64,000 nt of DNA from Marinicella sp. (GCA_965230295.1 OZ246001.1:1856001-1920000), one strand, 5' to 3'; positions 40,319 to 50,256 are shown, counted from the first letter of the stretch. Notes: generated from the sequence alone by a model not told the origin. Made by a program: numbers and translations.

Positions 40319-41647
40319 TCAATCCTCAATTGTTTTTTCATAGACTTGTGGTTGGCCCCAGCCCCTTAATTCCAGACTTTCAATGTGGCTTTGTTCATTG
40401 AGTTTGAACTGTATTTTGACTTTGGCCAGGTTCAGTTTGAAAGTGTCATCGCCGATGTAGGTCATGGCATATTTGGGTTGTTTGGGTGCAATGAAAAACA
40501 GGCGATCGTTGCGTCGTTCGATGGCTATGGTTTTGTCAGTTTCAGACTGTTTAAAACGTCCTGTGTACAAAGTCAGTTGATCCACATCGATTGAGACGGG
40601 AAAGTCGTGTTGTTTCATGGCTTGGTTGGGGTCCATCATGTGAATGACAATGTCATCAACGTTGGTGTTGTGGTTGGTCATGGCGGCCACCACTTTCTGT
40701 TGTTTTGGATCAATCATCAACATGGATCGGAATCCGCCCGTACCACCATTGTGCCAAAGGACACCATTGGGATTGAAGTGCCAACCTAATCCCACGCGCA
40801 AACGACCCTGTTCATAGTGTGAGCTGGTGGCTAGGTCCATGGCCTCACGCATGGCACCAGCAGGTTGGTTCAAATGAGCCACCCCATATTTGACTAAATC
40901 GTGAATTGAACTGCGGATGGAGCCTGCACCAGCCAAAGCTTTGAATTGCCAAGCATTGCTGGGCTTGTTACCCATATACCCTTGGGCCAAAATTGCTTCA
41001 GGCACTTCTTCCAGCAACATGTAAGTTTGCTTTAAATCCAACGGCTCAAGGATGTTGGTTTTGACCAATTCATTGAACGGTCTTTGGTCAATGACTGCCA
41101 TGGTTTCCCCCAATAAACCGGTCGCAAAATTGGAATAGGCATAGGTTTCTCCTGCATTGACCGGTTTGGCTTTGTTGATGCCTTCCAGCAAAGTTTCTCG
41201 ATCGTAGTCGGCATAGGGGTCGTTTGAAAAAGACGACAAGTTACTCGGTATTCTGGGCAGACCAGAGGTGTGGGTGGATAATTGTTTGAAGGTGATGGCT
41301 TGATGGTTGTTGTCTTCCAGCTTGAAAGGTTGGGGCCAGAAGTCCTGAACAGCATCATCTAAAGTCAACGCCTTGGCTTGGACTTTCTGTGCCAGTAACA
41401 GCGCAGTAAAAGTTTTACTGATGGAGCCAATTTCATAAACTGAGTTTTCGCTGGCGTGTAGATTCAACGCTTTGTTCTGCAACCCTTTTGTATAGAAATG
41501 CATGACTCCTTGGTCATAGACACCGACCACAATGGAAGGGTTTATTCCGTGTTCGATCCGTTGATCAATTTCTTTGATGACATCAGCAGGAATTTGAGCT
41601 GAGGCCATGCCACAGGTGAACAACATCAGTAAGATAATTTTCTGCAT
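40319..41647 (-). CDS. Secreted serine hydrolase (class C beta-lactamase-like) with C-terminal DUF3471-like domain
   Basis: SISK (SxxK), HTSGLP, YSN, HNGGTGG. Confidence 0.9.
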   Translation of the reverse strand: MQKIILLMLFTCGMASAQIPADVIKEIDQRIEHGINPSIVVGVYDQGVMHFYTKGLQNKALNLHASENSVYEIGSISKTFTALLLAQKVQAKALTLDDAVQDFWPQPFKLEDNNHQAITFKQLSTHTSGLPRIPSNLSSFSNDPYADYDRETLLEGINKAKPVNAGETYAYSNFATGLLGETMAVIDQRPFNELVKTNILEPLDLKQTYMLLEEVPEAILAQGYMGNKPSNAWQFKALAGAGSIRSSIHDLVKYGVAHLNQPAGAMREAMDLATSSHYEQGRLRVGLGWHFNPNGVLWHNGGTGGFRSMLMIDPKQQKVVAAMTNHNTNVDDIVIHMMDPNQAMKQHDFPVSIDVDQLTLYTGRFKQSETDKTIAIERRNDRLFFIAPKQPKYAMTYIGDDTFKLNLAKVKIQFKLNEQSHIESLELRGWGQPQVYEKTIED

Positions 41648-41722
41648 GTCTGTCAGGTTTGAGTGAATGAGTCAGTAATTTTAAACCAACATCGACCAGA
41701 AGGCATGGTGCTGAAGTCATAT

Positions 41723-41959
41723 ATGGAATGTTCTTGGGGCTTCATTCTGGTTTATGGTCTGACAGGTCTTCATATTTGCTGCGCAAATAAACCGACCTTT
41801 ACAGGCTATTGTCTGAGCAGTTGCTTCGCACTGCATGTCTGTTCAAGACAAAAGTGAAAGCGACCTCATCAAACATATCTTGCTACCTCGTGCGCTTCGC
41901 CTCTGATTCGCTTCGCTCACCAACCGGCTCGGCGGGTCAAGCAGTTAAACAGCTCTCCT
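41723..41959. repeat. MITE-like modular structured repeat, copy 2 (shortest)
   Basis: 41725-41864 about 97% identical to 6578-6717; shares CTTGCTACCTCG and AACCGGCT.GG.GGGTCAAGC. Confidence 0.85.
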
Positions 41960-42062
41960 TTGGTAGGCCCAGCAAATAACAAACGTGACCAACAGCACTA
42001 TATTTTCACTCCCCAGTGTTTAAAATGTTTGTTTTTTTAGATTTGAAATCGGAGCGTAAATT

Positions 42063-42821
42063 ATGAAGAGCAAATTATTAGCAGCAGTGGCCTTGGTCAG
42101 TACATCATGGATGTCACAGGCTGAGTTAACCCTGGACGGCGTGCTGGAAGCTTACATTGAAGCCAGGGGTGGTATGGAAGTGATTGAAAGCATGGACACC
42201 ATGAAAACAACCGGCAAAATGACCATGGGTGCGATGGAAGCACCTTTTGCATTTACTTACAAATCTCCAGACAAAATTTACACCACTTTCGAGATTCAAG
42301 GCATGAAAGGCATCCAGGCATACGATGGTGAAAAAGGCTGGCAAATCATGCCATTTATGGGCAAAACTGAAGCGGTTGAAATGTCTGAAGATGAGTTAAA
42401 GCAAGTCAAAGACCAGGCTGACATTGAAGGTCCTTTGGTGAACCACAAAGCCAAAGGCATCACCTTGGAGTTGGTTGGCAAAACTGAAATTGAAGGCACG
42501 CCAGTGATTGAAATCAAAGCCACCAAAAAGAATGGAGATGTGGTGGATGTGTATCTGGATGAAGAGTACATGATTGAAGTGATGACCCGCACCAAAATGA
42601 AAATGATGGGCCAGGAAGTTGAAGCTGAAACATACTTCAGTGACTACAAAGAAGTGGGTGATGCAGCGGTACCTGTGGCTCACTCTATGGCAATTAAAAT
42701 GAACGGTGCTGTGGTTCAAAACCTGACCTTGGAAAACATTGAAATTAACTTGAATGTGGATGACTCATTATTCGCTATGCCCGCAGCTGCAGAAAAAGAA
42801 GCTGCTGAAACCACTGAATAA
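42063..42821 (+). CDS. Periplasmic LolA-like / outer membrane lipoprotein-sorting family protein
   Basis: Signal peptide; YIEARGG, YDGEKGW, FSDYKEV, VDDSLFAMP typical of LolA-fold proteins. Confidence 0.75.
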   Translation: MKSKLLAAVALVSTSWMSQAELTLDGVLEAYIEARGGMEVIESMDTMKTTGKMTMGAMEAPFAFTYKSPDKIYTTFEIQGMKGIQAYDGEKGWQIMPFMGKTEAVEMSEDELKQVKDQADIEGPLVNHKAKGITLELVGKTEIEGTPVIEIKATKKNGDVVDVYLDEEYMIEVMTRTKMKMMGQEVEAETYFSDYKEVGDAAVPVAHSMAIKMNGAVVQNLTLENIEINLNVDDSLFAMPAAAEKEAAETTE

Positions 42822-42836
42822 TACGGAGTCATAACC

Positions 42837-45800
42837 ATGAAGATAACGACGTTATGCATGGTGGCAGGTGCTTTGTTGCCTGCCACTACCTGGGCCAAAT
42901 CTCCCAAAGTCGATTCATACACTTTTGGTGGTCTACAGGCACGCGCCATAGGGCCGGCAGTGATGAGCGGACGCATTTCGGCTTTGGATGCCACTGCCAG
43001 CGACACCCCGGTGATTTATGTCGGCACAGCCAGTGGCGGGATGTGGAAATCCAAAGACGGTGGGGTTGGTTTTGAAGCCATCTTTGATGACCACAACCAG
43101 TCCATAGGTGCAGTCAAAGTAGATCCCAACAATGAATCCAATGTTTGGGTCGGTACGGGAGAATCCTGGGTCAGAAATACGGTTTCTGTAGGTGATGGAG
43201 TGTACCTGTCAACCGATGCGGGTGAAAAGTGGCAGCATTTGGGTTTGGAAAAAACTGAGCGCATAGCCGCCATCGAAGTCAGTAGCCAATCCAGTGATAC
43301 GGTTTTTGTTTGTGCCACCGGTGCTTTGTGGAGTGATGCCAAAGAAAGGGGTGTCTACCGCACCACCGATTCGGGTAAAACTTGGGACAAAGTGTTGTAT
43401 GTAGATCAAACCACCGGTTGTTCTGATTTGGTGATTGATCCCAACAACCCCAACATCATTTATGCAGGAATGTGGGAATTCCGTCGTTATCCTGATTATT
43501 TCACTTCCGGCGGTGAAGGCAGTGGCTTGTACCGCTCAATCGATGGTGGAGACAGTTGGCAGGAGTTAACCAACGGTTTACCGGAAGGAGACAAAGGACG
43601 CATCGCTTTGGCGATAGCCAATTCTCAAAGCACCACCATTTATGCCACTGTCGAAGCCAAAGAAACGGCTTTGTACCGCAGTGATGACATGGGTAAAAGC
43701 TGGCAGAAGAAATCTGATGCTGGTATGGTGCAGATGCGACCCTTTTATTTTGGTGAGTTAAAAGTAGACCCCACTGACCCGGAACGGGTCTATAAACCCA
43801 GTTTCATCACAGTCACCAGTGTCGACGGTGGTGAGACATTTACATCCATGTTTGGTGGTGGTTTTAACATACCCATTCACCCAGATCACCATGCATTGTG
43901 GATCAATGACAACAACCCCAACCAATTGGTTTTGGGCACCGATGGTGGTGTTTACATCAGTTACAACAAAGGTGGTAACTGGCGCATGGTAGGCACTTTA
44001 CCTGTCAGTCAGTTTTATCACGTTTCACACGATGACCAGTGGCCTTATCACGTTTATGGTGGTTTGCAAGACAATGGTTCCTGGGAAGGGCCCTCAAGAG
44101 CGCCAGGTGGCATTAAACCAGGTGATTGGAATTCTATTGGAATGGGTGATGGATTTTGGGCATTTGTTGATAAACAAGATCACAACACCATTTATTCTGA
44201 ATACCAAGGTGGTAAATTGCTGCGCTTAAATCGCAACATTGGTGAATTGAAAAACATCCCGCCTGTCGCAGGTGAAGGTGAAGAGAAATTACGCTTCAAT
44301 TGGAACACCCCGTTGTTGGTCAGTGAAGCCAATATAGGCACCATATACTATGGCTCACAATATCTGCACAAATCAACCGACAAGGGTGAATCTTGGCAAA
44401 CCATATCTCCAGATTTAACCACCGATGATCCCAAGCGCCAAAGACAAGCGAGTACCGGTGGCATCACCATTGATAACTCAACGGCAGAAAACAACGCCAC
44501 CATCTACACCATAGCGGAATCTAAACTAGATCAGCAATTGTTGTGGGTGGGATCAGATGATGGCTTGATACATGTCTCTAAAAATGCCGGTGACAGTTGG
44601 CAAAATGTGGGTAAAAACATCAAAGGCGTCCCTAAAGGTACTTGGGTTTCTCGAATCACCGCCAGCCACCATGATGCCGGTACGGCTTTTGTGACTTTTG
44701 ACGGGCACCGCACGGGTGACATGAAAACCTATACTTTCCGTACCGATGACTATGGCCAAACATGGCAAGCCTTGGCTGCCAATGATTTGGGTTATGCCTG
44801 GGTCCTGAAGCAAGATCCTGTGAACCCTGACTTGTTGTTCTTGGGGACTGAGTTTGGCTTGTACATCAGTTTGGATGGTGGTGCCAATTGGGCCAGATTC
44901 AAAGAGAATTTGCCCAAAGTGGCGATTCATGATTTGGTTATTCATCCCACAGAACACGATGTGATTTTGGGTACCCATGGGCGGGGTGTTTACATCATTG
45001 ATGACATTTCTCCATTGCGTGAACTGACCCAAGAGAAGTTGACAGAGAATGTGGTGATGTTGCCTTCAAGGGCAGCAGTGATGGTTGAAGGTGGTGCGTT
45101 ACAGAGCTTTTCTGGTGGCGATGATTTCATTGGTGCCAATCCTTCAGAAGTGGCTGTGATCACCTACTATTTGAAAAAGCGCCACATGTTTGGTGACATG
45201 AAAATCAATATATTAGATGAAAACGATCAAATCATCACCACCTTGGTGGCTGGTAAAAGACGCGGGATTAATCGCGTGGATTGGCCAATGCGATTGAAAG
45301 CACCTAAATTCCCACCATCAACTTCATTGGTCCCTGGCTTTTTAGGCCCTCGGGTTGCAGAAGGAACTTACAAAGTAGAACTCGTCAAAGGTAAGAAGAA
45401 GTATTATTCTACGGTTGATTTGGTTCCTGACCCACGTTCTGAGCACACCGCAGCAGATCGTCAAGCACAACAACAATTATCGATGCAATTGTACGATGCG
45501 ATCAATGATTTGACCTTCCAATTGAGTCAGTTGAAAGACGTGGTGACTCAGTTGAACGAAAAGGAAAACTTGCAGTCTTCGGTACAAAAGAAAGCCGATC
45601 GATTTGAGTCAGCCTATAAAGACCTGAATGCCAAATTCACCGCCACCAAAAAAGGCCTGATTACCGGTGAATCAAAACTGCGAGAGCAATTGGGTACCTT
45701 GTTTGGCAATGTGGTTGGCTACAACGGTAAACCCAGCCAAACACAGTATCAAATGGCAGATAACCTGGTTGATGAAGTCGCTGTGGCCCTCAAAGAAGGT

Positions 45801-45968
45801 CAGGCCTTGCTTGATAAGCAATTACCTGGCTTGAACAAAGCGCTGGGTGATGAACATGGCATCAAGTTGTTAGACCGTGCCACCTGGAATGAGAAAAATG
45901 GCATGGGTTTGGCTTCACCACCAGTCAATAAAGCCTGGTTGGTCAATGGCATGCACATTCACCATTGA
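42837..45968 (+). CDS. Large secreted BNR/Asp-box (VPS10/sortilin-like) beta-propeller protein
   Basis: IGPAVMSGRI; many S/T-x-D-x-G-x-T/S-W Asp boxes; GGLQDNGSW, RFNWNTP, GTHGRG. Confidence 0.88.
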   Translation: MKITTLCMVAGALLPATTWAKSPKVDSYTFGGLQARAIGPAVMSGRISALDATASDTPVIYVGTASGGMWKSKDGGVGFEAIFDDHNQSIGAVKVDPNNESNVWVGTGESWVRNTVSVGDGVYLSTDAGEKWQHLGLEKTERIAAIEVSSQSSDTVFVCATGALWSDAKERGVYRTTDSGKTWDKVLYVDQTTGCSDLVIDPNNPNIIYAGMWEFRRYPDYFTSGGEGSGLYRSIDGGDSWQELTNGLPEGDKGRIALAIANSQSTTIYATVEAKETALYRSDDMGKSWQKKSDAGMVQMRPFYFGELKVDPTDPERVYKPSFITVTSVDGGETFTSMFGGGFNIPIHPDHHALWINDNNPNQLVLGTDGGVYISYNKGGNWRMVGTLPVSQFYHVSHDDQWPYHVYGGLQDNGSWEGPSRAPGGIKPGDWNSIGMGDGFWAFVDKQDHNTIYSEYQGGKLLRLNRNIGELKNIPPVAGEGEEKLRFNWNTPLLVSEANIGTIYYGSQYLHKSTDKGESWQTISPDLTTDDPKRQRQASTGGITIDNSTAENNATIYTIAESKLDQQLLWVGSDDGLIHVSKNAGDSWQNVGKNIKGVPKGTWVSRITASHHDAGTAFVTFDGHRTGDMKTYTFRTDDYGQTWQALAANDLGYAWVLKQDPVNPDLLFLGTEFGLYISLDGGANWARFKENLPKVAIHDLVIHPTEHDVILGTHGRGVYIIDDISPLRELTQEKLTENVVMLPSRAAVMVEGGALQSFSGGDDFIGANPSEVAVITYYLKKRHMFGDMKINILDENDQIITTLVAGKRRGINRVDWPMRLKAPKFPPSTSLVPGFLGPRVAEGTYKVELVKGKKKYYSTVDLVPDPRSEHTAADRQAQQQLSMQLYDAINDLTFQLSQLKDVVTQLNEKENLQSSVQKKADRFESAYKDLNAKFTATKKGLITGESKLREQLGTLFGNVVGYNGKPSQTQYQMADNLVDEVAVALKEGQALLDKQLPGLNKALGDEHGIKLLDRATWNEKNGMGLASPPVNKAWLVNGMHIHH

Positions 45969-45995
45969 TTCAAGCCAATAATTGTCAATAGCATG

Positions 45996-46019
45996 AGGGG
46001 CTGAACCAGCCCCTTTCTT
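45996..46019 (+). terminator. Probable intrinsic terminator after the BNR protein gene
   Basis: AGGGGCTG-AAC-CAGCCCCT followed by TTCTT. Confidence 0.6.
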
Positions 46020-46478
46020 ATGAATATTCGTATTGTCCAAGCCAAGCAAGAACAAGCTCAGTTACTGAGTGAATTGGCCCTTCGGTCCAAAGCCTACTGG
46101 AATTATTCGGGTTCATTCATGCAAGCTGTGACTGCTGAACTCACCTACACGGCAGAAGACCTCAAGATTCACCCCACGTTTGTGGCAGAGGAGGGTGAAC
46201 GTGTTGTTGGTTTTTATCAATTGGTGGCACTTGATTCAAAGGAAGTTGAATTGGAGGCGATGTTTGTGGATCCGGATTACCTGAGAAATGGGGTTGGCGT
46301 TCAGTTGTTCACCCATGCCACGCAAGTGGCCAAAGGACATGGGTTTAAAATCATGAAAGTTCAATCAGACCCCAATGCAACAGATTTTTATCTGCGGCAA
46401 GGCTGTGATCAATTGGGTGAGTCGGCATCCCTCAGTATCCCTGGTCGTTATTTGCCTTTATTAGAATATAAGCTCTGA
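46020..46478 (+). CDS. GNAT family acetyltransferase
   Basis: RSKAYWNY, MFVDPDY..NGVG..L, SDPNA..FY. Confidence 0.9.
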   Translation: MNIRIVQAKQEQAQLLSELALRSKAYWNYSGSFMQAVTAELTYTAEDLKIHPTFVAEEGERVVGFYQLVALDSKEVELEAMFVDPDYLRNGVGVQLFTHATQVAKGHGFKIMKVQSDPNATDFYLRQGCDQLGESASLSIPGRYLPLLEYKL

Positions 46479-46486
46479 ACGGAAGG

Positions 46487-47077
46487 TCAGTATTCCAGAG
46501 CATCAAATTCCTGGATGTTTTTCAGCAGCAACAGGGTACTTTTTTCAATTTGTACACGGTCTCCTGAGTCAGCCAACTGTCGCATGGAGTCGGTGATGGC
46601 AATCCACCAACGCATGTGACCGGCGCTCAGTTGAGCTGCCACTGGCACCAGATCACGCACCAGCGCCAAGGAATGGATACAGGTTTTTTTCAAGAACACC
46701 ATGCTTTCCAAGTCCAATTCATTGTTTTCGACTTGTTCTATGAAACGGGTGATGATGGTTGGGTCTTTTTCCAGTGCAACCGAGGGCATGGGTTCGGCAT
46801 GTTGATCCAGAAAACCTATGTCTAAATAAGACAAAAAGCTCCTTAAAGAGCCACGCAGGGACAACCACAACTCATTTTTACGTTGCATTTCCCGAGATTT
46901 CTGGAAGTAGCTTAACAGTCCAATCCAGAAAAAGCCTTCTAAACAAAAGCCAATGAGTTCAGGAACCAGGTTGTCTCTGAAGGCATGCTCGGTGTTTTGT
47001 GCCATGAAATACTGAAACAACAAAAAGGCAGCCAGACCAAACACCGCCATGGGGGCGTACATCAGGTATTTACTCAT
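46487..47077 (-). CDS. Hypothetical protein with two N-terminal TM helices and a helical cytoplasmic domain
   Basis: 196 aa ORF; GGAG RBS; 8-nt overlap with the upstream ORF. Confidence 0.75.
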   Translation of the reverse strand: MSKYLMYAPMAVFGLAAFLLFQYFMAQNTEHAFRDNLVPELIGFCLEGFFWIGLLSYFQKSREMQRKNELWLSLRGSLRSFLSYLDIGFLDQHAEPMPSVALEKDPTIITRFIEQVENNELDLESMVFLKKTCIHSLALVRDLVPVAAQLSAGHMRWWIAITDSMRQLADSGDRVQIEKSTLLLLKNIQEFDALEY

Positions 47078-47633
47078 TTCGTTCTCCGTCTACCTGGCCT
47101 TCCTGAACATAGGCTTTGACCACATCAACGATCTTTTTGGCTTCAACGGCAGTCAGGTTCAGGGGCAACCCCTGTAAATAAACAATCAAACCATCACGCA
47201 ATGGAATGGGGATGATGTCATCCTGCGTGCCTGCATGATGAAGGGCAATGGATTCCAGGGCTTTTTGTTCTTCTTGATCTCTTTTTTGCACCTGCTTAGC
47301 TGGAGCCAGGTTGCTACCGGTTGAAGTGAATGTTTCCGGATCCCTGAGCCAGCAAAAATAATCATCCAGAGCCGCTTTGAGCCGGGAGTTATAAAGATTC
47401 ATGGCTTCTTCTCGAATCGATGAATCTTCCAATTTATGAATTCTGGAACACAGCTCGTCGATATCCAACTGCCGCAGGTTGATGCGTTCCTCGGCATTGA
47501 GGTGATCCAGCAGCTTTTCTGCTGCGGTTTTTCTGCTGCGGGCTACACCAGGATTCATGATGCCAGTGACGGCAGCTTCCTTGAGAAAGTTCAGTAAGCC
47601 ATTTTTGCTGTAATCCAGGTCGCCCATCTTCAC
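47070..47633 (-). CDS. Hypothetical protein, helical N-domain (possibly recombinase core-binding/SAM-like) plus small C-domain
   Basis: 187 aa ORF (start may be ATG 47627); domain guess from helix pattern only. Confidence 0.7.
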   Translation of the reverse strand: MKMGDLDYSKNGLLNFLKEAAVTGIMNPGVARSRKTAAEKLLDHLNAEERINLRQLDIDELCSRIHKLEDSSIREEAMNLYNSRLKAALDDYFCWLRDPETFTSTGSNLAPAKQVQKRDQEEQKALESIALHHAGTQDDIIPIPLRDGLIVYLQGLPLNLTAVEAKKIVDVVKAYVQEGQVDGERNE

Positions 47634-47692
47634 ACTCGTATCGAAAAATTAGATTATAATCCTAACGATCATGCAACACAAAAGTTATCAAT

Positions 47693-49387
47693 ATGTCGAA
47701 AATTACCTTAATCTCATTGTTCTTATTCTTATCCGCGAGGCCTGTTTTGGCTGCTGACCGAGTCACTGGTTATGACTTTGCAACCCGGTCCCCGGTGTTG
47801 GCCAGTCAAGCAATGGCCGCCACATCACAACCTTTGGCCACCCAAGTGGCTCTTGATGTCATGAAACAAGGAGGCAATGCCATTGATGCGGCCATAGCTG
47901 CCAATGCCATGCTGGGCTTGGTCGAACCGACTGGTAATGGTATCGGTGGAGATTTATTTGCCATTGTGTGGGATGCAAAAAGTAAAAAACTGTATGGTTT
48001 GAATGGGTCTGGACGGTCTCCTAAATCCCTCAGCCGGCAATGGTTTATTGACAACGGGTATGAAAAAATTCCTTCTCATGGCCCCCTGCCTGTCTCTGTG
48101 CCAGGCACTGTGGATGGCTGGTTTATGCTGCATGATAGGTTTGGAAAATTGCCCATCAAACAAGTGTTACAACCCACCATTGAATATGCTGAACAAGGGT
48201 TTCCTGTCACACAATTAATTGCCTATTACTGGAACCGATCGGTACCCATTCTAAGCAAGTACCCTGGATTTACTGAGCAGTACACCCTATCAGGCCGAGC
48301 ACCCAAAGAAGGTGAAATTTGGCGCAACCAGAATTTGGCCAACACCTTGAAAGCAGTGGTTAAAGGAGGCAGGGATGCTTTTTACAAAGGTGAAATAGCC
48401 CAAATCATCAGTGCCTATATGCAGGCCAATGGCGGGTTCCTCAGTTATGAAGACCTGGCCAGCCACCAAGGTGAGTGGGTGGATCCGTTGAGCACCAATT
48501 ACCGAGGTTATGATGTTTGGGAGTTGCCCCCCAATGGACAAGGTATTGCGGCACTACAAATCCTCAACATCATTGAACAGCATGACTTGAGTGGCATGCG
48601 ACAAGATTCAGCAGAGTATGTTCACTTGTTTACTGAAGCCAAAAAAGTGGTGTTTGAAGATCGGGCTAAATATTACGCAGATCCAGCTTTCAATGACATC
48701 CCAGTGGCGGCGTTGATTTCTAAGGCATATGCCAAACAACGTGGTGCCCTGATAGACCTGAATAAAGCCGGTAAACATTTTCCTGCCGGCAATCCGGCTT
48801 TGGATCACGGTGACACCATTTATTTAACCACAGCAGACAGTGAAGGCAACATGGTCTCATTGATTCAAAGTAATTACCGAGGCATGGGTTCAGGCATGAC
48901 ACCAACGGGGCTTGGATTTATTTTGCAAGACCGGGGTGAAATGTTTTCATTGGAAGCGGGGCATTTCAATGAATTTGAAGGTGGTAAAAGACCGTTTCAT
49001 ACAATCATCCCGGCCTTCATCACCAAAGACAACCAACCCTGGGTCAGTTTTGGCTTGATGGGTGGCGCCATGCAACCGCAAGGTCACGCCCAAATTGTGA
49101 TCAATATGGTTGATTTTGGTATGGATGTACAGGCCGCTGGTGATGCACCACGCATTCACCACACCGGTTCATCTGAGCCCACAGGTGAAGTGATGAACAA
49201 TGGCGGTATTTTGAACCTGGAAACCGGCTTTCCCTATGCGACCATCAGGGCCTTGATGAGAAAAGGGCATAAAATCCAGTATGCCAATGGCCCATACGGT
49301 GGCTATCAAGCGATCATGAGGGCGCCCAATGGGGTTTACTGGGGGGCATCTGAGTCCAGAAAAGATGGGCAGGCAGCGGGTTATTAG
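47693..49387 (+). CDS. ggt: Gamma-glutamyltransferase
   Basis: GGNAIDAAIA, GIGGD, SVPGTVDGW, GDT nucleophile, KRPFHTIIP, MGG.MQPQG, SESRKDG. Confidence 0.95.
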   Translation: MSKITLISLFLFLSARPVLAADRVTGYDFATRSPVLASQAMAATSQPLATQVALDVMKQGGNAIDAAIAANAMLGLVEPTGNGIGGDLFAIVWDAKSKKLYGLNGSGRSPKSLSRQWFIDNGYEKIPSHGPLPVSVPGTVDGWFMLHDRFGKLPIKQVLQPTIEYAEQGFPVTQLIAYYWNRSVPILSKYPGFTEQYTLSGRAPKEGEIWRNQNLANTLKAVVKGGRDAFYKGEIAQIISAYMQANGGFLSYEDLASHQGEWVDPLSTNYRGYDVWELPPNGQGIAALQILNIIEQHDLSGMRQDSAEYVHLFTEAKKVVFEDRAKYYADPAFNDIPVAALISKAYAKQRGALIDLNKAGKHFPAGNPALDHGDTIYLTTADSEGNMVSLIQSNYRGMGSGMTPTGLGFILQDRGEMFSLEAGHFNEFEGGKRPFHTIIPAFITKDNQPWVSFGLMGGAMQPQGHAQIVINMVDFGMDVQAAGDAPRIHHTGSSEPTGEVMNNGGILNLETGFPYATIRALMRKGHKIQYANGPYGGYQAIMRAPNGVYWGASESRKDGQAAGY

Positions 49388-49576
49388 AAAAAAATAAAAC
49401 TCAGTCAGGAAACCAATGGATGAACAAACTGTTTGATTCATGAATTTATTATTGTCTTTTACGTACATTTTCAGTAGTATGGTTAAAAAGAAATACTAAA
49501 ACGAATTAACAAGGATGTTCAATTTTGATTTTCAATTTGGCTCACCTTAATAATTCCTTTATCAGCCAATCAAACC

Positions 49577-50221
49577 ATGAAAAAAATAATCACAACAGTC
49601 AGTGCCATGACGCTGACCATTCCTTCTGGATCCTCCACAGCTGCAGATTCAAGTTATGAGCCCATCACAACAGAAGACATCGAGTTGATCTATGCCGAAG
49701 GTGAAAACTTCAAAGGCAGTGGCTTCATTGACTTAGACGTACAAAAGACGGTGTTGTTGTCCTATGATGCGGATGGCAGCGGTGATGTGACGTTAGGCGA
49801 TGAGTTGAAATATTCAGTACTGGTGACCAATCTTGATAGCGTTGAAGCATCTGATGTGGTATTGCTGGATTTTCTCGAAAGTAAAATTGAGTTGAACTTA
49901 GGTACTGTGGCCATCACCCAAGGATTCGTCGTTTCTGGTAATGGCATGTCTGATGACAGCAGCTTGGTACATGTTGACTTTGGCAACATAGCGCCCAATT
50001 GGTTTGCTTTGGTCGACTTTGATGTAACGGTTACTGATTTGCGACCTGGGTATAATTTGATCGAAAATTCTGCTGAAGTTTATGGCCCATCAGGATCCTT
50101 CTTCGTTTCTGATGATCCAACAACACCCTTATTTGACCCCACCCAAATAGATGCTTATGGCGCTTATCCGGATTTGATTTTCGAAGGCGGTTTCGAATTC
50201 AATGGCAGTGGTGGCTTTTAA
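49577..50221 (+). CDS. Exported single DUF11 (Ig/pilin-like) domain protein with DLIFEGGFE near the C-terminus
   Basis: LDVQKT..GDELKYSVLVTN..ASDVVLLD..G.I....V.FDVTV..IENSAEV..SDDP pattern. Confidence 0.8.
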   Translation: MKKIITTVSAMTLTIPSGSSTAADSSYEPITTEDIELIYAEGENFKGSGFIDLDVQKTVLLSYDADGSGDVTLGDELKYSVLVTNLDSVEASDVVLLDFLESKIELNLGTVAITQGFVVSGNGMSDDSSLVHVDFGNIAPNWFALVDFDVTVTDLRPGYNLIENSAEVYGPSGSFFVSDDPTTPLFDPTQIDAYGAYPDLIFEGGFEFNGSGGF

Positions 50222-50256
50222 GTAATGTAAATATGGGTCGTTACCATTAACAGCTG

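Noticed and set aside
40319-41647. Calling the serine hydrolase an antibiotic-resistance beta-lactamase
   Set aside because: SxxK/YxN/HxG motifs are shared with many peptidases and esterases; substrate cannot be inferred
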